A DNA stretch of 64,000 nt from Eledone cirrhosa (Eukaryota): NCBI GenBank assembly GCA_964016885.1, contig OZ024742.1, positions 264,554,001 through 264,618,000 of the forward strand, read 5' to 3'. The position numbers and the translations under genes were made by a program. The notes below the pieces were generated by a model, which saw nothing but the letters and a program-made list of their open reading frames with translations, was not told the DNA's origin and did no database searches. Below, in pieces: positions 1-12,487 of this stretch (position 1 is the stretch's first letter; each line of letters opens with the position of its first letter).

Positions 1-399
1 TACTTCATAGTGCATTCAAATCCTCAATACTTTTGTCATTGGTATCCTCCTTGACAGCTACTGTTTTACATTGTCCTTTTTCGACATGAGTACTATCCTC
101 TTTTTTCTTAACTATGATTTGGTTTTCAAATACAAAAATACACACACATATGCCAACATGTAGAGGGACACATGCAGTTATACATGCATATATCATACAT
201 TTCTTTTTCAAACTCCATTGTTCTAACCTCTTCTTTCTTTTGTCAAACTTTTTAATTCCCAAAGAAGGACATATGTCTGATACATCGAACCCCTCATTTA
301 CTCCTTTCTGGGCATGAAACTAATAAGGCTTTGTGTTTTTGCATCTGTGTTTGTTTTGTTCATACTTGAACTATATATACATATATATATAACTATATA

Positions 400-2245
400 T
401 GATTGGCAGAGCAGCATCAATGTCAATTGCTACAAGGGCAAAGGCGGGTCACTAGATAGAGGAAACTACCAAGGCAGGAAATTGAGAAAGTCTTTGTACA
501 ACTGATTAGGGATCAAATTAACCTAGATGTAATGCAGTTCAGATTTGTGCCAGGTAAAAGTACCACATATGCTCTCTTCCTTGTGAGGCAACTGCAGGAG
601 AAATATCTAACCAGAAGTAAACCCCCTGTACTTAGCATTTGTTGACATGAAGAAAGCTTTAACAGGGTCCTCAATTCTGTAATCTGGTGGGCACTTAGGA
701 AACTAGGAGTGGATGAGTTACTTGTGAGAGCAGAAAAAGCCATGTGTAGAGGTGCAGGCAGCAAAGTTAAGATAAATAATGAGTATAGTGAAGAGTTTAG
801 TGTGCAAGTTGATGTCCACCAAGTGTCCGTCCTTAGCCCTTTGGTGTTTATTATTGTCCTCCAGGCTATAACAGAAGAATTCAAAACCAAATACCCTTGG
901 GAACTCCTGTATACTAACTCTTATAGCTGAATCTATGGCAGAACTAGAGAAAATATTCCTGACCTGGAAGCATAATCTGAAATTAAAGGATCTTAAAGTC
1001 AACTTGGCAAAGGCCAAAATTCTAGTAAGTAGTAAGGAAAACAAGGCCCTTATCCCTTCTGGGAAATGGCTCTGCTCAGTGTATAGGAAAGAAGTAGGTA
1101 GAAATTCTATCCTCTGACCCAAATGCAAACTAGATGTTGTGGGATTTCAGGTAGGCTAGCAAAGAATATAGCTTTTACATGTGGGCAGTGTACAAGGGCA
1201 GTAAGCAGCAAATGCTCACAGGAAACAAGCTCTATCAAATTCTTAGAGGGTGCCATAGAAGCAGTTTCTGTTATCTGGGGCACCAAATTAGCAATGGAGG
1301 TGGGTGTTCCAAAAGAACAAGTAGTCGAGTAAGAACAGGATGGAAGGAGTTCAGGGAGCTACTACCACTGCCAGCTACAAAAGGCTTTTCCCTCAAAATG
1401 AAGAGCAGTGGTGTATACAAACTGCAATGTTACATGACAGTGAGATATGGGCACTGTGTGCAAAGGAACTGCGTAAATTGAAAAGAAATGATGCTTGCAT
1501 GCTCCGATGCATGTACATGAATGGCAAAGCATAAATGAGCTGAATGAGAAACATGGCCTAAGAGGGATCAGTGTACAGGAGAGCAGATTATGGTGGTGTG
1601 AACATGTGATGTGTATGAAGGATGACAACTGCATAAAAAGATGCAAGATACTCAAAGTTAATGGAAGATTTGGAGAAGGAAGAACTAGGAAGATTTTTCG
1701 ATGAAGTGATAACAGTTGACCTCGTACAATTGTACCTCTCAAAAGCGATGGCACAAGTTCGAGATCACTGGAATCATGCAATAATACAGAAGACCAGCCT
1801 TCTCATGTGCAAGGGTCGAAGCATACATCTAGTATGTACCACCTTCCCCTACTTTCCCTTCCCTTTCTTTCCCATACACCGCACACTTTCTAACACTCCA
1901 CCTCTTCTCCAACAACCCCATCCTTCCAGACTACACTGTAAAGAGGTCGTTTTGGTGCCACAACAAAAACCGCTCACTCCATATTATAAAGTGGTTGGGT
2001 AGGTGTCATAGCAAGAAGTGCTCAGCCTACACTGTAAAGTGGTTGTGTATGTGTCATGACAAAAACCTCCCAGTACACACTGTAAATGTTGTTGGTATTA
2101 GGAAGGGCATCCAGCTGTAGAAACCAAGCCAAAATCAGCCTTGTATGAGGAAGACACAGTCATCTGATCTGATTTGTATTTGTCTCACAATTCGTCTAAC
2201 CTATGCTAGCATGGAAAAATGGACATTAAATGGTGATGATGTTAT
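400..2245 (+). mobile_element. Degenerate 5'-truncated RTE-clade LINE (older relative of the PHD-bearing RTE), RT to 3' tail
   Basis: Frameshifted peptides [53 protein letters not shown] and AMLHDSEIW align to the intact ORF at 59.5-62.8 kb. Ends in CTATGCTAGCATGG...TGATGATG. Confidence 0.92.
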
Positions 2246-2364
2246 ATATTATATATATTTTCATATTTTCAAATTTCAATTTCCCCGTGGAGGAGCCCCA
2301 TTTTGGCTGCTTGTAGTCACAATCATATTCTTTCACTCATTAACCAAAATTCATGACGATAAAT

Positions 2365-2525
2365 AAGTAAGGGCTGGAACGAATACTGAATTGAAGATAG
2401 CGAGTTTGGCCTTTATACCTACCTCCCTTTCACTGATGACCGAATGTTGAAGCTGGCACATTACTTCACCAGCTGCTGCAATTCTTGCACTTAATTCAGT
2501 CTTCTGCTTTCCATCATCACTCAAG
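2365..2525 (-). mobile_element. Fragment of a second RTE type (Expander/Rex3-like)
   Basis: SDDGKQKTELSARIAAAGEVMCQLQHSV...KAKLAIFNSVFVPALTY; DNA similar to 49145-49235. Confidence 0.75.
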
Positions 2526-2648
2526 GTTCGATTTGTATTGATCTGACCCGACACTCGAATCAAAAGCACATCGGACCTCTGCTGTTGTAATGACAAAAGC
2601 TCATCGGACCTCAGTATCGGGCCAGATCGATACAGATCAAACCTTGAG
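2520..2648. repeat. 36-bp imperfect inverted repeat (2520-2555 / 2613-2648) enclosing a 19-bp direct repeat
   Basis: The arms match at 31/36 positions and all 5 differences are transitions. CAAAAGC(A/T)CATCGGACCTC occurs at 2561-2579 and 2594-2612. Confidence 0.9.
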
Positions 2649-2724
2649 CTGATCAATAGCGAAATGCACATCAACAATCAATAAACGTAATGAAGGCATA
2701 AAAAATTGTCCTTGTATTATTATT

Positions 2725-3722
2725 ATTATGGCACTTGGAATGTTGCCAGGCACTCACTGCCCTGTACCAAGCAGGCGATGCGATCAATGGAACTTCCACT
2801 CTCGAGTTCTATAAAGGATTAGTGGTGGGCAAGTGTGATGATGCACTCAGAGAAGCTTTGGGCCTTGACGAAGTCTGTTCTGACTTTCAAGCTGGGGACG
2901 ATGGACAATTTCCAGAAATCCCTTGCTTGGCATTGCTACCGGGGGACACTGTCGGTTCAGGATTAACTCTACAGGCACGGAAGTGCTGTCAGTCGGACCT
3001 GCCCAAGATGCGCACAGAGCGACAAAACCGTTCTGCATGCACTTATCCAATGTCTGTGCATTACTGACTTGTTGAGTTATGTCGAACAGCTACTGTCGCA
3101 TGTAGAATGGATCCGACTATCGGCTGAGTCCATAGTGAAGATCGACCCGCCGCCTTCCTTAGGTCAGGAAGAGCAGGCAATTTTCCTCTATCTGGAGGCA
3201 GTTGCGAAAGATGTTATATGGTGGACCAGACTAAAAGGACTGAAGACAGACACTTTTCTCTTTGGCCAATCCCTTATCAACTTCTTCAAGTTTCACCTAG
3301 AAAGGACGGTGAAGGTGGAGAGAGAAGTGCTGCCCCCCCCCCCCCCCCCCCAGTACATTTTCTAAAAGGTGGATGAATCTGGCGAGAATGGCCCATGTGA
3401 ATGGGCCTACTCTGTCCATGCGCCTATAGGCTGGCTAACTTGAGGAGAGGGGTGCTCTCCCTGGGTGCCCTAGAAGCACAGGGTGGTTCAGGATTGGTGA
3501 GATACCTGAGTCACCCCTGTGTCGTCCACCCCCTATAGGGGAATTTATTTTGTTATATTTATGCATAGTTTATTTTATATTTTTATTTTGATAGTCTTGC
3601 CATTGTGCACTTTTACTCGACCTTATTGTAAACCGCCACGGTCCCTATCTTTGTATTGTCCCCTAGATGTCTGCCCTTGTGGCCAATAAAGATACCATTA
3701 TTATTATTATTATCATTATTAT
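2725..3722 (+). mobile_element. 3' fragment of an L1/Tx1-group LINE (C-terminal zinc-binding region plus 3' UTR)
   Basis: FQKSLAWHCYRGTLSVQD*LYRHGSAVSRTCPRCAQSDKTVLHALIQC matches the zf-RVT CCHC pattern. AATAAA at about 3685 is followed by an (ATT)n tail. Confidence 0.8.
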
Positions 3723-3726
3723 CATA

Positions 3727-3760
<34 letters not shown>

Positions 3761-4584
3761 CATATATGTATATATATTACATTATATGTGTTTCCAATAA
3801 AAGTTTCACACTTTCTATAACTCAAAAAGTTTCCACTGTAATGTCTTGTACTTTGCTGATCATTTGTCTATCTTTTGTAATAGGTTTTTGTTTGTCTCAG
3901 CTATTTTGCCAGTTGGCCAATTATCAACAAATAGTATTCAGGACCAAAACTCTATGTTGTTGTTGTTGTTTATTTTATTTTCTAGTTGAACACATCTCAC
4001 TACTTAGTGATGTAGCTATACTTGTTTAGTTTTTTCCTTTCATTTCTTATTCTTTCAGGGGTTGGGTGGAGTTTTTCTGAAATATTAAAATGAGGCTAAC
4101 TGTTATTACTTATTTTGTTGTTTGCGGGCAATTGAGTGACTGAAATGTAGACAGCTGGTCTTTATAGTATTTAGTTACATTGCTCTTCAAAATGAAATTA
4201 AGTTTTGCTGAAATTGACTTTTACTATTCATCTTTCCAGTGACTATAATATACGTACCAGGGTGGTATTGGAGTGGAGTCTTTTCAATTCACTGTATCTT
4301 TCCCATTTAAGGGTATGGATTTTGTACCAGTGTGGAAATTCATTATCATTTAAATAATGTTTTGTTAGTTTATCTAGCTGCAGTCATGTCTTGTACTGAA
4401 CAAAGTAACTTCAATTCTAGATAAATTCCTTAAAGCCTTATTTCTGTACATCACAATTTTTCTCATGATGTCACTTTCAATGTAATAGCCATACATACAT
4501 CTATTATTAGAATTATATAACTAAACTGTTATCCAATCAATGGGATTTACCACTCATTTATATTTATTTGCTTCATATAATTCT

Positions 4585-4790
4585 TTCTAAATTTGGCACA
4601 AGTCCAGCAATATGGGGGAATGAGAAAGTCAAATATATCGACCCCAATACTTAATTGGTGCTTATTTTACCAATCCCAGAAGGATGAAAGGTAAAGTTGA
4701 CCTTAGTGTGATTTGAACCATAGAATGCTGTAATTAAATACTGCAAAGTATTTTGTCCGACACTCAACCAATACTATTAATCCACTGCTA
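4585..4790 (-). mobile_element. tRNA-derived SINE, type 1 (GCCTTTCATCC central domain), degenerate
   Basis: GGATGAAAGGTAAAGTTGACCT..GATTTGAAC and TTTGGCACAAG motifs are shared with the cleaner copy at 33326-33511. Confidence 0.75.
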
Positions 4791-5030
4791 TCATTTGATT
4801 CATATAATGAAGCCAGAGATCAGTATTTGCTTTTAAAAGCCTGTAAGGACTAAAATGCATTTCCATATTATTTATAGTAATACATAATGTCAATGTTGTA
4901 CCAAGTTACTTAATTTCATTACTTTCCTTATCTGCAGTGTCCTTCAAGCACTGCTTGTATTTTAATTAGATAAATACCATAAAATTTACAAAAGATTCAA
5001 CACATGTTCAGTTCACCATAGCAGAAAAAA

Positions 5031-5089
<59 letters not shown>

Positions 5090-5500
5090 GTAACAATGTA
5101 AATTTTATCCTCAGCCACCCTGTCTCATTTCTCACAATCTACCTTTAACTTCTCATACTTCTGCTTTATTTTTTGCCTCACTCTGTTCTGAACCCACACA
5201 AAACATACATGCTTACATATGAACACACACACACACGCGCGCACATTCACTCACACACACACACACATACATGCGCACACACATGCACATCCACATACAT
5301 TCACAGACAAGCAAACAATGGGTTATGTTAAGTGACAAAATCATGAACTGGATATATCTTGAATACAGATTTTTTATATATCACAGTCATCTATGAAGTT
5401 ATGACTACTATTTTGATAACCAGATATCTTTCACATTGCCAACTACTTTGTTCATTATCCATATTTGTTTGAATTATCAGAACAATATATATATATATAT

Positions 5501-5784
5501 TGTTATACTTTGGGAGGGTCATGTTGCCAATAAGAAACATATGTACCAGTTGCTTTCTCTTCAATTTATTATAATAAATTTATAAATTTAGGAATTTATA
5601 AATTTCCGGTTGGTTGGTTGGTTCCACAACCAGATGATTGTTTATATATTGTCAAAGTTCTTTCGTCACACATTCTGTGACCTCTTCAGTGACTGGGGAT
5701 TCTTTTCTTTGTTTTTGTACCTCTCCTTTGTTCTGTCGTACGCCATCTTGTTTTTGTGTGTGTTGTGTGCTTAGTTTGCGCATG
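5501..5784 (-). mobile_element. Short hammerhead-bearing non-coding element, copy 1 (Penelope pLTR/retrozyme-like)
   Basis: Homologous to 50363-50622 (reverse complement) and to 11800-12147. Contains CAAGATGGCG, a hammerhead core and the 3' terminus ATGACCCTCCCAAAGTATAACA next to (TA)n. Confidence 0.8.
5651..5693 (-). ncRNA. Minimal type I hammerhead ribozyme
   Basis: GUCA-CUGAAGA-G-GUCACA(GAAUG)UGUGAC-GAAA-G(AA)CU-U-UGAC: stem I GUCA/UGAC, 6-bp stem II, 2-bp stem III, predicted cut after CUU (5655/5654). Confidence 0.8.
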
Positions 5785-5811
5785 TGTTACATCTGGGTGT
5801 CTGTGTGTGTT

Positions 5812-6442
5812 TCAAATGCAGGAGGGCGCTATAGAAGTGGTGGATAGCTTCCGGTACCTAGCATGGGAGGAGGGTGTTCCGAGGCCATAGTATCTAGAAT
5901 AAAGACGGGTTGGAAGAAGTTTAGGGAGCTGCTTCCTCTGTTGACGAAGAAGGGTTTCTCCCTGCGTACGAAAGGCCGGTTGTATGATGCCTGTGTGAGG
6001 AGCGCAATGCTGCATGGTAGTGAGACATGGGCAGCAACTGCAGAGAATATGCGACGGCTGGAGAGAAATGAGGCAAGCATGCTCCGTTGGATGTGCAGTG
6101 TAAATGTGCATGAACGACCCAGTATAAATGTGTTGAGAGAGAAACTGTGTCTGAGAGGGATAGAATGTAGTGTACGGGAGAGGAGACTGAGGTGGTATGG
6201 ACATGTGAGGATGACCGATGGGTGAAGAAGTGCCAGGAAATGCCAGTTGAAGGAAGACGTGGTAGAGGTAGACCACGAAAAACATGGGCGGAGGTGGTGA
6301 GAACAGACCCCAGATCATTGAAGCTCACGGTGGAGATGACGAAGGACCGTGCGAAGTGGAGAGATGCTGTGCTGAATAAGACCCGTCCCACTTTTGCAAG
6401 CAGGGAAAATCAGACGTAAAATAATGATGATGATGATGATGA

Positions 6443-6445
<3 letters not shown>
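5812..6445 (+). mobile_element. RTE LINE 3' fragment (family C)
   Basis: [26 protein letters not shown]...RRLRWYGHV...GRGRPRKTW; very short 3' UTR, (GAT)n tail, then (TA)n. Confidence 0.92.
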
Positions 6446-6515
<70 letters not shown>

Positions 6516-6889
6516 CCTAGCAGAGAAAATGATGAAGGAATACAGTATGTGAAAGGATGATAATGATGGTGGGATGTACCAATGTGGTATGGTCTTCCAA
6601 CCCTGCTAGGAGAGCAGTAACTCTGAATAAAAACTAAAACTGAGATGACTCATCTAATCCATACCAGCATGTAAAGCAGACTACTGATGATGATGATATA
6701 TTCATATATAGGTACAACTAGTTGTACAAACGAAAAATAAGATAATTCAATACAAAAAGCAGAGTATATATAATCCTTTATACGGTTAGAATGCTACATG
6801 TGACTTTATGCCCTTGAGTAAGCCCTGTATTATTCTCAGTTAATAAAGGAGGAGTTCATATATTTTGTAGTTGGTTCTAATGACAAATG

Positions 6890-7163
6890 TTCCAGTTGAT
6901 ACAATCAACAGAACCACCTAATTGTGAAATCAATGTGCCAGTGGCTGAGCATTCCATGGACACGTGTACCCTTAATATATTTCTCAGAGATATTCAGCTT
7001 GATATGTGTATAGCAAAGCTGTTTTTTTAAGTTACAGGTTCAACTCATTTTTGCTAGCTGGGTGTACTGAATCAACATGAAATAAATGCCTTGCTCAAAG
7101 ACATACTGCATAACTTTATGATCTTCAGCTGAACAGTCTAACCACTAAGCTATGTACCTTCAC
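6890..7163 (-). mobile_element. CORE-type tRNA SINE, degenerate
   Basis: GAAATAAATGCCTTGCTCAA and CTAACCACTAAGCTATG match the reverse complement of the CORE/tRNA head at 48014. Confidence 0.65.
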
Positions 7164-8094
7164 ATTTCATATACATTTACACACACAGAGGTGTGGGTGC
7201 ATGTGTGTGTATATGTGTGTGGGCATATGCCCCTCTATGATTGTTATGTATGTTATGTATCTCATAAGTATTGTCATTTTATATAAACATCAACTTTTGT
7301 CTTATCTTTGTAAAGATAAATACACTTGTGTGAGTTGTGTGTGTGTGTGTACAAGTGTATAAGGGTGTCTGTATGTTGACATAGAAGCCAGATTAAACTG
7401 TCTTTTGCATCCTGCTGTATTCAACTTGTAAAAGTTGACAACCCGCATGCTATGTCACATTTATTAACTGAGCTAACTCTATATTTTAGACATAGAACTA
7501 ACTGATGTTGCATCCATTTTATAAATATGCATTTGTATTTGTGAAAATGTGTTTACTCGGTGCCTGTAAATATATGTGAGAGAGGAAGAGAGAGACAAAA
7601 AAGAGAAATTGAGAAAGGAAGAGATTTTTATCTGTAAGGCAAATGACAAACCCACTCAGTTAATAATAGTAACAATGGATGGTATCACAACGTTTGTGAA
7701 GGTGAGTGGCCTAGTGGATTGTAAAGCTGTATGTTCAATAGTTATTTTATTAAATCCATTCAATTGCTTTTATTATTTTCAAAATTAATTGAAAGCCATA
7801 GCCATTAGAAATATGCTAATGAAAGGGGTAAAAGCAATAACATTTACATCTCCCCCACTGACAAAAGGAATAACAACAACAACAACAACAAATACTACAA
7901 CATCCTCATCAATATCATGATTGAATACAACTGTCATGGTCTGTATGGTTGTAATTTGAAGACATGATATACATTACATGGATACTACATAAATGTGTAT
8001 CGCATGTAGATACAGATAGTCATAGTCACAGGAAGAGCAACACAAGAACTACATAAAGTTATATACATAGCATTTCATGGGGAGGTAAAAGTGA

Positions 8095-8345
8095 TTACCA
8101 TGTGGCTAGAATGGCTAAGGAAAAACCTGTAGGGCAGATTTTACGGACAAAACCAACTGGCAGGATACTCAGAGGTAAATCATGAGCAAGATATTTTGAT
8201 GGTTGAATAACATACATAAGCTTGATTGGTTTATCTTGGAGGCCTAGATAGATCATTTGGAGATGGTTGCTTCTGATAGGAGCTACCTGGAAGGCATATC
8301 TGAAGTCTTTGCTCTCATGAACCTCTAAGGAAAAAGTGATCATTG
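8095..8345 (+). mobile_element. Decayed C-terminal fragment of an Expander-type RTE
   Basis: HVARMAKEKPVGQILRTKPTGRILRGKS resembles the RTE GHVxRM...GxRxRGRP region. Confidence 0.5.
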
Positions 8346-8614
8346 ATTTTTACCTTCACTCTTTTGTGCTGGCATTTATTTAGATCTGATGGTTTGAAAC
8401 AATGTTTTTCAACTGGATGCCCTTCCTGATACCATTTCCTTTAGGTCACCTCTTACGATATGCAGGACTACAGTATACTTATTCTAAAAAGCAGGATACA
8501 CCTTGCATCTTTAATGGAAAAAAGAAACATCAATTTTTTGCTTTTACAACTTTGTTTGTTGAGCCACAAATATTGGTAAAAAAGTAATTATGATGGCTAT
8601 GGTTCTTCGATTAT

Positions 8615-8825
8615 TAACAAGGCAAAACCTGTAGAGCACTGGACAAAATTGTTTTTAGTACTTAGTTAACTCCTTTTGTGTTCTGAGTTCAAATCCCACG
8701 GAAATCAACTATACCTTTCATCCTTATGGGGGTCTATAAGATAAACAATTAGTAACACACTAGAGTCGATTTAATTGATTTTCCCCTCCTCTAAAATTGT
8801 TGGCTTGTGCCTAAATTAGAAAATA
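8615..8825 (+). mobile_element. tRNA-derived SINE, type 1
   Basis: B-box-like GAGTTCAAATCCC, then CCTTTCATCCTTATGGGGGTC and a GGCTTGTGCCTAAATTAGAAA end. Confidence 0.75.
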
Positions 8826-8849
8826 TTATTATTATTATCATCATGAACC

Positions 8850-9050
8850 TTATTATTTTTTGCATACCATCATTGGATTACTGAGCGCAGCTCTGTGTGC
8901 CTTGGTTATCTGCAGTGTTGTTACTTTTATTTTATTGAGAGTACTTGTAATGGGTGCAGTGCCTATTCTGTATGTATTTGTAAATCCTGGGGTTTTGGTT
9001 ATTTATCTGACTGTTTTTTATCATTCACGGAGCAACTATTATTATAGTGG
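8850..9050 (-). mobile_element. Decayed Dong/R4-like LINE 3' end
   Basis: Relic peptide ITKTPGFTNTY..GTA, similar to R4-type C-termini; adjacent to (TAA)n. Confidence 0.5.
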
Positions 9051-9109
9051 TTGTTTCTAATGTTATCATCCACCTTTGAGTTATTTCTATTTCCAGATCT
9101 TTATCATTA

Positions 9110-9123
9110 TCTATAAAAGGTAG

Positions 9124-9158
<35 letters not shown>

Positions 9159-9450
9159 GTGTGTGTGTGTGCATGTTCCATGTTTATACATTTGCACAAT
9201 TTCAAGCTGATTCGACTCAAAGTCTGTATGAATGTTGTAAATGGTCTAATTTAGGTCAACAACTATTTATTTATTTCCAAATCACCCACAATTACGGGAA
9301 TAATCGACAAATACAGGACGCTTTACCCCTCTCTCTACTCCCCTTAAAATTCGATAAAACTACATACATGCTGCAACTTTCTCTTATATACGCTTAAACT
9401 TACAAACTTCCTTTAGGAACTCGGAAGAAAGAAGAGAGAAAGAAATGAAG

Positions 9451-9545
<95 letters not shown>

Positions 9546-10235
9546 ACATTTGTTTTTGAGTGTGGAATGGTCAAACATTTATTTACTTCAATGACAACGA
9601 AGAGAACTTATTACATTTCATACCAAACAACAATTATTCAAAAGCAACAGATAATTTATTCAACAACAACAAAAATACCGATAAATCTTTTTTAAAACAT
9701 CTCTCAACGAACGTGGAAGAAAGAAGTATCAGTTTATTTACTATACACAATAATATCCTCTATGAGGTCACTAAACCTGCTAGAAACAGCAGATAACTCT
9801 CCCCCATATCACACCCCTTCCTACTGTCTTAAATTTAGAAAACACATATCCTCTATGAAGTCACTAAACCTGCTAGAAACAGCAGCTAACTCTCCCCCAT
9901 ATCACACCCCTCCCTACTGTCTTAAATTGAGAAAACACACATTAGACAACGATGCAGAACAACTCCATCACAGCTCTGTTGTTCGGCTGGCATCATCTAC
10001 GTGCGTGTTGCGCAAGTACTGTGAAACAATAAATTTCAACACTTCTTTGCACAGAGATAATATCCATAGGCGAAACTACAATTGTCACTGCTGGCGCAGC
10101 TCCTGCTTCGGCAGTCCAGGTCTGCAATTCATTCACCCAGTGCCTGGCAGACAAAAAAGTGCTGCCATAAAATGGGTGGTGCAACCTAACTTTGATAACT
10201 TACTGACCCCGAGCAACGTCAGGCTTTAATGCTAG
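9110..10235 (+). mobile_element. Non-autonomous Helitron-like element
   Basis: Starts TC after A9109 and ends CCCGAGCAACGTCAGG...CTAG before T10236, with no TSD. The 5' boundary is less certain than the 3' one. Confidence 0.65.
9754..9939. repeat. 93-bp tandem duplication inside the Helitron-like element
   Basis: TATCCTCTATGA(G/A)GTCACTAAACCTGCTAGAAACAGCAG... starts at 9754 and again at 9847. Confidence 0.9.
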
Positions 10236-10421
10236 TATTTGAATAATTTCTCTATTTCCTTCACCGATAAATTGTCATCTGAGGTGATTGATATGTCAAT
10301 TAAAAGACATTTATTTTCTTTGTGGCCTTAGATAGTAATATCTTGTCAGTTGGCTTTGATCTCTGTCACTGTATATTGGCACATCCCAGAGTATGGGTAC
10401 TTTATTATTATTATTATTATT

Positions 10422-10746
10422 GTTCTTTGAGTCTCAGTCATTGATGTTAGTTAACTGGAAAGTTTGTTGAAATGAATATCACGCCACTACTTGCAGCCTC
10501 AGATATTCAGGACGTATCGGAGGGTTCTTGCTGTTCCCAGTAAGCATGCCTTTTGAAGCGTTCCAAAAAGCGTGGCGGGGTCAATTTTCTTTGACCATCT
10601 CTGGAAACTTTTTGAGATAGTACCTAGTGCGCCTATGACAATCGGGACCACTTTGACTTCATGGCAGTTCCAAATCCTTTTTACCTCCCACTTTAAGTCC
10701 TGGCATCGGTTAATTTTCTCCCTCTCCTCCTCTTGCACTCTCGTAT
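10422..10746 (-). mobile_element. Dong/R4-clade LINE 3' fragment inserted in (TAA)n
   Basis: EKINRCQDLKWEVKRIWN..VKVVPIVIGALGT...LQKACLLGTARTLRYVL is a typical R4/Dong C-terminus; (TTA)n lies on both flanks. Confidence 0.85.
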
Positions 10747-10747
10747 G

Positions 10748-10785
<38 letters not shown>

Positions 10786-11475
10786 CATTATTATTACAGT
10801 TGCATTTATCTTGCTTTATGTTCATACAAGTTATCACCAAGTCACAATCAGTTACCTCAAGAGACAACAAGGTCCGCCATGTTCAAGAAAGAACATACAT
10901 ACACACACATGCATCTTTAGGTGTTTCGACTTGTGATGTACTTATATTGACAGAATCTTCCTTAGTAATTATTATTATTGAATGCTATGGTTGACGGAGG
11001 CTCGGCTCTGTAAGGTATTGTAAATTTTGAACGCTATAACAATTGTAAATTGTTTAAAACTTTTACCAACTTGTAGACAAACACACCCTCCTCCTTGTGA
11101 GAGGGGTCTTTCTGCCCGTTATTTGCATACATTCGTAAAATGATGATGATGATGATTATGATGATATATATATATATTATATATATATATATTTAGTGAA
11201 AGATTGAAGAATAACAGGGTCGGCTGTACAAAAAGTATTGTATTGTATTGTATTGTATCTAAGGTCGAGTGACGCAACTTCGAGTGATTAGCGGCCTTTA
11301 GACTCACCTGATCAATGAAACAATTGTTAATACTGTAAATAAAACAATTTTTGTACAGCTGACCATGTTATTTTTCACTCTTTCACTACTATTTCTCCAA
11401 GAATGACCTGCATGGGAATTCTCGCAAACTTGCTACCTAACTGACTCTTGTTGAGTCATACAACGCTGTACGTTG

Positions 11476-11779
11476 TATTTGGGTGACTGTGTATTGGTTA
11501 TTGTATTCTATCTCAGTTTACTAGTGTGTGTTTATGTGTTTGTTGTTATTGTGCTTGTGTATGTATTTATTTATTCATTTATACTTCTCTTAGGTCAGTG
11601 TTGTTTGTTTGGGTGTTGTTGTGATTATTCCATTCATTACCCAAACAAACAACACTGACCTAAGAGAAGTATAAATAAATAAATAAATACATACACAAGC
11701 ACAATAACAACAAACACATATAAACACACACTAGTAAACTAAGATAGAATACATTAACCAATACACAGTCACCCAAATA
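11476..11779. repeat. Near-perfect ~140-bp inverted repeat with a 24-nt spacer
   Basis: 11476-11614 is the reverse complement of 11639-11779 with few mismatches. Confidence 0.95.
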
Positions 11780-11799
11780 TGAACACACATCAAACAAAA

Positions 11800-12147
11800 C
11801 ACTATACACACACGCAAACGCATGCGCAGAGAAGACAAAAAAATAAACAAATAAATAAATAAACAGACTAAATAAAGATGGCGTAGGCACACAATGCAAC
11901 GGGAGGAAACATAATAGTACCACTGACGATGTTGCAGATGTGCAACGAAAGAACTTTGATAGACTATATATATGTGTTTGTGTCTATATTGTATCTGTAT
12001 TTTTGACCGTTGGTCAGTCAATGGCAACATTGAGGACCGAATAAATTAAATTAACCGATATAAAGGACACAGAAGCGAAAACCAACCAAACAGTGAGTGT
12101 GTTCTGTTATTAATTCTGGCAATATTACACAAATATGACCCTCCCTA
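11800..12147 (+). mobile_element. Short hammerhead-bearing element, divergent copy 2
   Basis: GCATGCGCA, AAGATGGCGTAGG, hammerhead core and the same ATGACCCTCCC 3' terminus before (TA)n. Confidence 0.75.
11917..11962 (+). ncRNA. Minimal type I hammerhead ribozyme (stem I partly mismatched)
   Basis: CUGACGA-U-GUUGCA(GAUG)UGCAAC-GAAA-GAACUU-UGAUA. Confidence 0.7.
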
Positions 12148-12487
12148 TATATATATACACACAAAAACAATGTCACACAATCAATGTTAAGCATTGTAGG
12201 TTGGTAGGCATAATGAAGTGGGGGTTGTCATGTGGTGACTGGAATACTGCTGTCTTTAGAAAATGCCACTCACTAACCACAATTAACTATTTTCTGCCAC
12301 AGAGGTGATAGAGTATTACATTCAGTGCTATTAGACACTGGCCGACTATCTACTTCCACATGGACCAGCCGAAGATTTGATGGACTCTCTAGATTGTTGG
12401 TTATGTGATAACCATTGGGCTATTGGAATACTGATAATATGTAACCAAGTACAACCTGTGCATAATTAGGTCGTCAGTGACTAAACT

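Noticed and set aside
5-330. Short ORFs at the window start
   Set aside because: No recognisable motifs, and the context is cut by the window edge.
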